From Candidatus Methylomirabilis sp. (GTDB lineage Bacteria > Methylomirabilota > Methylomirabilia > Methylomirabilales > Methylomirabilaceae): a DNA stretch of 12,864 nucleotides. Shown here piece after piece: positions 1 through 6,170 of this stretch; within the stretch, counting starts at the first letter, position 1; every line of letters begins with the position of its first letter. The DNA is taken from assembly GCA_041498975.1 (NCBI GenBank), contig JBGQJI010000066.1:1-12864 (forward strand), read 5' to 3'. The translations under genes and the position numbers were made by a program. The notes under the pieces are model-generated. The model was given only the letters and a program-made list of their open reading frames with translations, did not search any database and was not told the DNA's origin.

Positions 1-2
1 GA

Positions 3-1373
3 AGCCCCGGGACGTTCTTCCTCGTCAGCACCTCAGCGACGTCACATTCCTGCGACTTCATCGTCTGGGGGATCGCGAACCCGCTTTCCTCCCCAACGCT
101 GTCGTCCCTCAGGGCAACCGCCACCGGCACATGCGACGCTCCGCCCAATGCGCCACAACAAGGCGGGGGAATCCTCCTCGACACAGGCGACAATCGGAAC
201 TACAACGCTGTGTACCGCAACGGCTCGCTGTGGACCGCTCATACGATCCAAATGAATTTTGGCGGCGGGAACGTCTCGGCCATCCGCTGGGTCCAGATCG
301 ATGTAAGCTCCTGGCCCAGCACGGTCAGCCGGACCCAGGATGCCACCTTCGGAGCCAGCGGGGTGTGGTATTTTTATCCAACCGTCATGGTAGACACCTC
401 GAACGACCTCGCCATCAGCCTCTCCCGTTCCAGCGCGTCCCAGTTCGGGTCGGCCCACTACACGGGACGCCTGGGCACTGATCCGCCCAACACCCTTCAA
501 CCAAGCACGCTCCTCAAAGCCGGGGCGGCCAATTATCAGAACCTCGATGGCAGCTCGAACCGGTGGGGGGACTACCTCGGCATCGGCCTGGACCCCAACG
601 ATGGAAGCTTCTGGATTCTAGGGGAGTACGCGGCGACCTCGACCCACTGGGGGACGTGGGTCGGGCACCTTCAATTTCCTTCAGTCGCCGCCGGCACCTT
701 TGTCACCCGCCTCTATGAGGAAGTGCTATCCCGCGAGCCCGATCAGACAGGCCTGCAGGCCTTCGTGACGCAGATCCAGCAGTTCGGCTCGGTCGTCCCA
801 ACGGTCTTCGCCTTCTTCCACTCGGTCGAGTTTCTGAACCGGAACACTCCCGATGACCAGTTCCTTACGATCCTTTACCAGACACTCCTGGATCGCGCGC
901 CCGACGCGGCCGGCTTCAACGCCTTCCTCGCGGATCTGCAGTCCGGCCTCCGGACCCGGGACAACCTGCTCGACATCTTCCTCGACTCGCAAGAGTTCGC
1001 CACGCTGGCGAGCTTCCTGCCGCCGCTGGATCCGATAACCACTTTCGTCACGAATCTCTACGTCCGCATCCTGGGCCGGGGCCCCGATCCCGGAGGACTG
1101 CAGGCCTTCGTCGCTCAACTCCAGGCGAGCCGGACCGTTCTGCCCACCGTCTTAAACTTTCTCCACTCCCCCGAGTTCCTCGCTCGGAACACGAGCAACA
1201 CGGAGTACGTGACGGTCCTCTACCGGGTCTTCCTCGACCGCGTCCCCGATGCGTCAGGGCTCGCGGGCTGGGTGGCCCTCCTCAACCAGGGGACCGCGAC
1301 CCGGGACCAACTCGCGGCACAGTTCGCGGCCTCCCCCGAGTTCCAGGCGATCCAGCACCAGCTGTTCCCGTAA
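3..1373 (+). CDS. 5'-truncated, probably exported protein: uncharacterised beta-rich (propeller-like) domain plus C-terminal 4x DUF4214-like module
   Basis: The frame of the 210..1373 ORF is open back to position 3 (SPGTFFLVSTS...PPNAPQQGGGILLDTGDNRNYNAVYRNGSLWTAHT), so the GTG at 210 is internal and the true start lies upstream of the window. Motifs IRWVQI, YFYP, TGR...DP, NRWGDY, FWILGEY and WGTW resemble a recurrent domain in secreted hypothetical proteins. Nucleotides 699-1370 encode the shared FVTRLY...LFP module. Confidence 0.85.
   Translation, partial: SPGTFFLVSTSATSHSCDFIVWGIANPLSSPTLSSLRATATGTCDAPPNAPQQGGGILLDTGDNRNYNAVYRNGSLWTAHTIQMNFGGGNVSAIRWVQIDVSSWPSTVSRTQDATFGASGVWYFYPTVMVDTSNDLAISLSRSSASQFGSAHYTGRLGTDPPNTLQPSTLLKAGAANYQNLDGSSNRWGDYLGIGLDPNDGSFWILGEYAATSTHWGTWVGHLQFPSVAAGTFVTRLYEEVLSREPDQTGLQAFVTQIQQFGSVVPTVFAFFHSVEFLNRNTPDDQFLTILYQTLLDRAPDAAGFNAFLADLQSGLRTRDNLLDIFLDSQEFATLASFLPPLDPITTFVTNLYVRILGRGPDPGGLQAFVAQLQASRTVLPTVLNFLHSPEFLARNTSNTEYVTVLYRVFLDRVPDASGLAGWVALLNQGTATRDQLAAQFAASPEFQAIQHQLFP
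699..1370 (+). repeat. Copy 1 of the shared 224-codon C-terminal module (four DUF4214-like repeats)
   Basis: FVTRLYEEVLSREPD...QHQLFP, containing four LY..(L/F)L.R.PD..G...F..S.EF units. It aligns colinearly with 2925-3593 and 5234-5905. Confidence 0.95.
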
Positions 1374-1401
1374 TGCGCGTGTCCTTACGCTACACTCAGC
1401 A

Positions 1402-1430
1402 TTGACATGGACCACTCAGCCTGATAGTGT
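1402..1430 (+). promoter_or_regulatory. Sigma70-type promoter for the 1563..3962 gene
   Basis: TTGACA (1402-1407), 17-bp spacer, TAGTGT (1425-1430), with an extended -10 TG at 1422-1423. It lies in the intergenic region in the correct orientation. Confidence 0.7.
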
Positions 1431-1562
1431 GCCGTCAGTTGCGCGCGAGGCACATGTTGGCAACTGGAGCAACACCGCAACCGTGTTTGCTTCCGTAGCG
1501 TGAATAAGATCTACGGGCCCCCTGGCGAATCGGCCTCCCCGATTCAATTGGGAGATCGGCCA

Positions 1563-3962
1563 ATGCCCTCGCAATTCCTCCGCTCCACTATCCTACCTGC
1601 AGCGCTGCTTGCCGTTGCGTTTGCCCTGCCTTGCTTTGCCTCCGCTGCCACTCTAACTGTTACCAACTTGGGTGATAGCCATTCACCCGGCCAACTCCGC
1701 ACCCTGATCAACGCCGCAGCCCCCGGCGACACCATCGTCATTCCGGCGGGCACAATTACGCTGACCGGCGCGGCGGGTGATAACCTCAACGTGAGTGGTG
1801 ACCTGGACATCTCCAAGAACCTGATTATTCAAGGGGCGGGTCCCGCCCTGACGACCATCGACGGCGGCAGAATTGACCGGGTCTTTCAGATCCTCAGCCC
1901 TGCGGTCGTCACCATCGCCGGAGTAACGGTCCAGAATGGGAGATCAAGCGATGACTTAGGCGGCGGGGGCATTTTGAATCGTGGCACCTTGGCACTAACC
2001 GACGTTACTGTCGCCAAGAATGGCCCTGGAGGGTTTGGCGGTGGCATCCTCAACACCGGCACTCTGACCCTCACGGAGGCCACCGTGAGTGGGAATACGG
2101 CTGGCGACGGGGGTGGTATCCACAACATCGGAACAATGACCCTGACCAACATCACCATCAGCGGGAACTCAGCAGATGGGGGTGGCGGCGGCATTGCCAA
2201 CGCCACCGGCACTGCAACGCTCACCAATGTGACCATTAGCGGGAACACCGCCAACTCGCAGTTTGGGTTTGGCCGCAGTGGCGGCGGAATTTGGAACTGC
2301 TGCGCCGGTCTCTTCCCCGCCGCGACCATGACTCTCACCAATGTCACTGTTAGCGGCAACACGGCCGACTTCGGCGGCGGAATCAGCAACGAAACGACCA
2401 TGATTTTGACGAATGTCACTGTCAGCGGGAATTCAGCGAGGGTGGATGGCGGTGGCATCAGAAACATTTTCATGCTCACCTTGGACTCTGTCACCATCAC
2501 CAGCAACACGGCCGACAGTGACCATAATGGGACAGGCAACGGGGGAGGAATCTTCGGGGGTGCGGGCAGTGTCAAGGCCACGATCCTCGCGGGGAACACA
2601 GGCACTGGAGGCCAAGTATCAGACTGTGCTGGAACCTTGACATCCCAGGGCCACAACCTGATTCAATCGACATCTGGCTGCACCATCACCGGGGTGACAA
2701 CGGGCAACCTGATTGGGGTAAACCCCACGCTCGGACCCCTGCAGAACAACGGTGGCCCCACGGAGACCCACGCGCTCCTACCTGGTAGCCCGGCCATCGA
2801 CGCGGGCGACAACACCGGCTGCCCGCCCACCGACCAGCGCGGCGTCACCAAGCCCCAAGATGGCAACGACGATGGGACCGCGATCTGTGATATCGGGGCA
2901 TTTGAGCTAGTCACACCTGCCCCGTTCGTGACCCGCCTCTACGAGCAGGTCCTCAACCGCGAGCCCGACTCGGCCGGCCTGCAGGCCTTCGTGGACCAGA
3001 TCAACCAGTTTGGCTCCGTCGTCCCCACCGTCCTCGCCTTCCTCCACTCCGAGGAGTTCCTGAACCGCCACACAACCAACGAGCAGTTCCTGACCATCTG
3101 CTACCACACGTTCCTAAGCCGGGACCCCGACCCGGCCGGCTTCACCGCATTCCTGAACGCGCTCCAGGCGGGCCAGTTGACCCGCGACAACCTCCTCGAC
3201 ATCTTCCTCGACTCGCCGGAGTTCGCCGCACAAGCGAGCTTCCTGCCGCCTCTCTCCCCGCTCGCAGCCTTCGTGACGACTCTCTACGTCCGGATCCTTG
3301 GGCGGGGGCCGGACCCGGCAGGCCTGCAGGGCTTCGTCGCCCAGCTCCAGCAAAACTTCACGGTGCTGCCCACCGTTCAAGCCTTCCTTGCCTCGCCGGA
3401 GTTTGTGGCGCGCCACACGAGCAACACCGAGTTCGTGACGCTACTGTACCGGGTCTTCCTGAACCGCGTCCCCGACGCGGCCGGCTTGGCGACCTTCGTG
3501 GCCCTGCTGAACCAGGGGACGACCCGGGACCAACTCCTCGCCCAGTTCGCCGCCTCGCCCGAGTTCCGGGCGATCGAGCGGGCGCTGTTCCCGCTCCCGA
3601 ATATGGCCGGGACCTGGAACATCACTCTGGGCCTCACCTTGAGCAACTGCGGCAACCCAACGAACAACCAATCCGTCACTTTGCCCGGCACCCTGCAATG
3701 GACCCAATCGGACGCGACCATCCAGACCACTTTCTTCATTGGCTTCAGCAGTGGGGCCTCCGCTCTAGTGACGCTCACCGGGACGATTGCGCCCAACAGG
3801 CAGTTCAACGGGACTTTTGGAGGCTCGATCACCGGGGGCGCGGCGTTCTCCGGCACCTTCAGTGGCTCCGTCACCAGCAATGCGTTCGCCCTGCAGTTCG
3901 CCGGGCGGTTCACCGTCGGCGAGCAGTGCAACATTAGTGGCTCGATCTCGGGGACGCGGTAG
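1563..3962 (+). CDS. Secreted right-handed beta-helix repeat protein with choice-of-anchor-Q-like domain, 4x DUF4214-like module and C-terminal small beta-barrel (799 aa)
   Basis: ATG at 1563 with GGGAG at 1550-1554. Sec signal peptide MPSQFLRSTILPAALLAVAFALPCFASA|A. Eight GGGI-x-N...TLTNVT(I/V)SGN-type coils (~1959-2560). Cap motif LGPLQNNGGPTETHALLPGSPAIDAG...DQRG...CDIGAFE. Shared module at 2925-3593. Extra ~120 aa beta-rich tail. Confidence 0.88.
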   Translation: MPSQFLRSTILPAALLAVAFALPCFASAATLTVTNLGDSHSPGQLRTLINAAAPGDTIVIPAGTITLTGAAGDNLNVSGDLDISKNLIIQGAGPALTTIDGGRIDRVFQILSPAVVTIAGVTVQNGRSSDDLGGGGILNRGTLALTDVTVAKNGPGGFGGGILNTGTLTLTEATVSGNTAGDGGGIHNIGTMTLTNITISGNSADGGGGGIANATGTATLTNVTISGNTANSQFGFGRSGGGIWNCCAGLFPAATMTLTNVTVSGNTADFGGGISNETTMILTNVTVSGNSARVDGGGIRNIFMLTLDSVTITSNTADSDHNGTGNGGGIFGGAGSVKATILAGNTGTGGQVSDCAGTLTSQGHNLIQSTSGCTITGVTTGNLIGVNPTLGPLQNNGGPTETHALLPGSPAIDAGDNTGCPPTDQRGVTKPQDGNDDGTAICDIGAFELVTPAPFVTRLYEQVLNREPDSAGLQAFVDQINQFGSVVPTVLAFLHSEEFLNRHTTNEQFLTICYHTFLSRDPDPAGFTAFLNALQAGQLTRDNLLDIFLDSPEFAAQASFLPPLSPLAAFVTTLYVRILGRGPDPAGLQGFVAQLQQNFTVLPTVQAFLASPEFVARHTSNTEFVTLLYRVFLNRVPDAAGLATFVALLNQGTTRDQLLAQFAASPEFRAIERALFPLPNMAGTWNITLGLTLSNCGNPTNNQSVTLPGTLQWTQSDATIQTTFFIGFSSGASALVTLTGTIAPNRQFNGTFGGSITGGAAFSGTFSGSVTSNAFALQFAGRFTVGEQCNISGSISGTR
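1959..2560 (+). repeat. Intragenic beta-helix coil repeats (8 GGGI motifs, mostly ~22-24 aa period)
   Basis: GGGILN, GGGILN, GGGIHN, GGGIAN, GGGIWN, GGGISN, GGGIRN and GGGIFG, the first seven each followed by a T-L-T-N/D-V-T-x-S-x-N-like strand. Confidence 0.85.
2925..3593 (+). repeat. Copy 2 of the shared module (223 codons)
   Basis: FVTRLYEQVLNREPD...ERALFP. One codon shorter than the other copies (NQGTTRDQ vs QGTATRDQ) and not followed by a stop codon. Confidence 0.95.
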
Positions 3963-4040
3963 GAATACCCGATCTCCCGGTGGCAGGCCCCAGCGCTTTC
4001 TGCTCCTCCTTAATTACTCCACTAGCATCCCAGGTTGATC

Positions 4041-4078
4041 TTGCCGCATGGCGTTTTTGAATTCATAATCACATTATG
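4041..4078 (+). promoter_or_regulatory. Putative sigma70 promoter giving a leaderless transcript, overlapped by a CATAAT-cac-ATTATG palindrome
   Basis: TTGCCG (4041-4046), 17-bp spacer, CATAAT (4064-4069), then 6 nt to the ATG at 4076. No Shine-Dalgarno upstream of the ATG. Confidence 0.55.
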
Positions 4079-5908
4079 CGCAGATCGACGTTGGTGCTCT
4101 TTTTCCTGGCGCTTCTCTCCACGCTCAGCTTGGATGAACTTCTTGTACAAATAGTTGTGGCGACTGCTGAAGCGCAGATTGATCTCGATCCGGTCCTCGA
4201 AGGCTTGACGAACCCGCTCTATCTGACCAATGCGCGCGATGGGAGCGGCCGCCTCTTCCTCGTCGAGCAAGACGGACGCATCCAGGTGCTCCAGCCAGGA
4301 GCAACAGCGCCAACCTTTTTTCTCGACATCACATCGAAGGTCCTGTCTGGTGGCGAGCGCGGGCTGCTTGGACTGGCCTTCCACCCGCAGTTCAAATACA
4401 ACCGCCGCTTCTTCGTTGACTACACACGGATGCCCGATGGCGCGACGATCGTCGCCGAGTACCATGTCTCAGCCTCGAACCCGGATGGTGCGGAGACGAA
4501 CGAGGTCGTATTGCTCACCATCCCGCAGCCGTTTGCCAACCACAACGGTGGGATGATCGAGTTCGGGCCAGATGGCTTCCTGTATATCGGGATGGGCGAC
4601 GGCGGCTCGGGCAATGACCCCAGCAACCGCGCGCAAAACACGCAGGAGCTCCTGGGTAAGATATTGCGCATCGACGTGGACCATCCGGAGAGCCCATCGC
4701 AGCCGTACTCGTCCCCGTCTGGTAATCCTTTCCTCGGCCCTGATCCGGGCCGGGACGAGATCTTTGCTCTTGGCTTCAGGAACCCGTGGCGGTTCTCGTT
4801 CGATCGGGCGACGGGCCAGCTTTATGTCGGTGACGTCGGACAAGGCGACCGAGAAGAAATCGATATCGTCACGCTCGGCGGTAACTATGGCTGGCGCGTC
4901 TTCGAAGGGACTCGCTGCACGGACCTTGGCCCAGCGGCATGCGGGGTCAGTGGCTTTATCCCTCCTCTCGCCGAATACGACCATTCCGGAGGACGCTGCG
5001 CGGTCACAGGAGGCTATGTCTATCGTGGCAAGAAGTCGAGCCTACCCCTGGGGGCATACGTGTACGGTGACTTTTGCACCGGCGAAATTTTCATGTTGAA
5101 CAATGGTGTCCAGAGCCTGTTGCTCGATACTGACCTGAACATCGCCTCCTTCGGTGAGGATGAGGGCGGAGAGGTCTATGTCGTGGGGCTCGGAGGCACC
5201 GTCCATCGCATCAGCAATCCCCTGCCCCAGGAATTCGTTTCCCGTCTCTACCAAGAGGTCCTGAACCGGCAGCCCGACCCCGCCGGCCTCCAGAGCTTCG
5301 TCGCCCAGATCCAGCAGTTCGGGTCGGTGGTCCCGACGGTCTTCGCCTTCTTTCACTCGGCCGAGTTCCTAGGCCGCAACACGACCAACGAGCAGTTCCT
5401 GACCATCCTCTACCACACGTTCCTAGATCGGGAGCCTGACCCCGCAGGCTTCAGCGCGTTCTTGGGCGCGCTCCAAGGGGGCCAGTTGACCCGCGACAAC
5501 CTCATCGACATCTTCCTCGACTCGGCCGAGTTCGCCGCCCTGGCGAGTTTCCTGCCGCCCCAAGACCCGGTGACCGCCTTCGTCACCACCCTCTACGTCC
5601 GCATCCTCGGCCGGGGCCCCGACCTGCCGGGGTTGCAGGGCTTCGTCGCCCAGCTTCAGCAGAGCCGGACCGTCCTGCCCACCGTGCTCTTCTTCCTCCA
5701 CTCGGCCGAGTTCCTCGCCCGCAACACGAGCGACACCGAGTATGTGACGCTGCTCTACCGCGTCCTCCTCGACCGCATCCCTGATGCTGCGGGGCTCGCG
5801 GGTTGGGTGGCCCTCCTCACCCAAGGGACCGCGACGCGGGACCAGCTCGTGGCCCAGTTCGCCGCCTCGCCAGAGTTTCAGACGACCCAGCACCAGTTGT
5901 TTCCATAG
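4076..5908 (+). CDS. Secreted PQQ-dependent sugar dehydrogenase (glucose/sorbosone dehydrogenase family beta-propeller) fused to 4x DUF4214-like module
   Basis: N-terminal hydrophobic signal-like segment ending AEA|Q. Family motifs [68 protein letters not shown] and GGNYGW. Shared module at 5234-5905. Confidence 0.9.
   Translation: MRRSTLVLFFLALLSTLSLDELLVQIVVATAEAQIDLDPVLEGLTNPLYLTNARDGSGRLFLVEQDGRIQVLQPGATAPTFFLDITSKVLSGGERGLLGLAFHPQFKYNRRFFVDYTRMPDGATIVAEYHVSASNPDGAETNEVVLLTIPQPFANHNGGMIEFGPDGFLYIGMGDGGSGNDPSNRAQNTQELLGKILRIDVDHPESPSQPYSSPSGNPFLGPDPGRDEIFALGFRNPWRFSFDRATGQLYVGDVGQGDREEIDIVTLGGNYGWRVFEGTRCTDLGPAACGVSGFIPPLAEYDHSGGRCAVTGGYVYRGKKSSLPLGAYVYGDFCTGEIFMLNNGVQSLLLDTDLNIASFGEDEGGEVYVVGLGGTVHRISNPLPQEFVSRLYQEVLNRQPDPAGLQSFVAQIQQFGSVVPTVFAFFHSAEFLGRNTTNEQFLTILYHTFLDREPDPAGFSAFLGALQGGQLTRDNLIDIFLDSAEFAALASFLPPQDPVTAFVTTLYVRILGRGPDLPGLQGFVAQLQQSRTVLPTVLFFLHSAEFLARNTSDTEYVTLLYRVLLDRIPDAAGLAGWVALLTQGTATRDQLVAQFAASPEFQTTQHQLFP
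5234..5905 (+). repeat. Copy 3 of the shared module (224 codons)
   Basis: [15 protein letters not shown]...QHQLFP. About 45 amino-acid differences from copy 1 over 224 positions by hand alignment. Confidence 0.95.
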
Positions 5909-5933
5909 GGCCACGGCTTCTCCTGATCAAAGA

Positions 5934-5957
5934 GGGAGCAGCTAGCAGCGCCCCTAC
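5934..5957 (-). repeat. GTAG-type REP element, copy A
   Basis: The minus strand reads GTAG-GGGCGCTGC-TA-GCTGCTCCC (GTAG tag plus imperfect palindrome). It is 22/24 identical to 10403-10426. Confidence 0.75.
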
Positions 5958-5958
5958 A

Positions 5959-5993
5959 AATCCGCAATCCGAAATCTGGAATCCAAAGTCTGA
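5959..5993 (+). repeat. Degenerate heptamer tandem array (AATCCGC-type, 5 units)
   Basis: AATCCGC AATCCGA AATCTGG AATCCAA AGTCTGA. Confidence 0.75.
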
Positions 5994-6029
5994 GCGATTG
6001 CTTCGCTCATTTCAGTCGCTCGCAATGAC
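5991..6029. repeat. Palindromic GATTGCTTCG...CTCGCAATGAC element (resembles CGTC-tagged/RPE-like extragenic repeats)
   Basis: TGAGCGA-ttgct-TCGCTCA hairpin (5991-6009) and an alternative ATTGC/GCAAT pairing (5997-6001 with 6022-6026). The reverse strand reads GTCATTGCGAGCG...GCGAAGCAATC. Only one copy is in the window, so the family assignment is from recall. Confidence 0.55.
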
Positions 6030-6041
6030 CCCTTACCCGTC

Positions 6042-6066
6042 CCCTCTCCCCAGTCTGGGGAGAGGG
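6042..6066. repeat. Perfect 12-bp inverted repeat (CCCTCTCCC-type extragenic hairpin; may also act as pause/terminator)
   Basis: CCCTCTCCCCAG-t-CTGGGGAGAGGG, preceded by CCCCTTACCC. There is no U-tract on the + strand. Confidence 0.7.
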
Positions 6067-6087
6067 AAAGGAAGCAGGCCTTTCCGC

Positions 6088-6117
6088 TTGACCCGCCTGA
6101 ATCCGCCGTGGTACTCA
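6088..6117 (+). promoter_or_regulatory. Possible leuB promoter
   Basis: TTGACC (6088-6093), 18-bp spacer, TACTCA (6112-6117) with TG at 6109-6110. The -10 lacks the conserved final T. Confidence 0.3.
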
Positions 6118-6170
6118 TCATGGGCCATAGACGATAGTTGCAGCGTGTTCCCGGGTATCAAGGAGGGGTC

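Noticed and set aside
210..212. GTG at 210 as the start of gene 1
   Set aside because: The frame is open to position 3 with domain-like sequence and there is no signal peptide after 210. The gene is truncated by the window.
1500..1562. 21-codon N-terminal extension of gene 2 from GTG 1500
   Set aside because: The ATG at 1563 has a well-spaced GGGAG and begins a canonical signal peptide.
1886..2656. 256-aa antisense ORF with PPP/VTV repeats
   Set aside because: It is the mirror of the GGG/T-x-T beta-helix codons on the + strand.
699..5905. Module repeats as a diversity-generating retroelement TR/VR pair, CRISPR array or IS copies
   Set aside because: All copies are in-frame coding sequence and differences are not visibly adenine-specific. 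There is no reverse transcriptase, cas or transposase gene, no terminal inverted repeats and no repeat-spacer periodicity.
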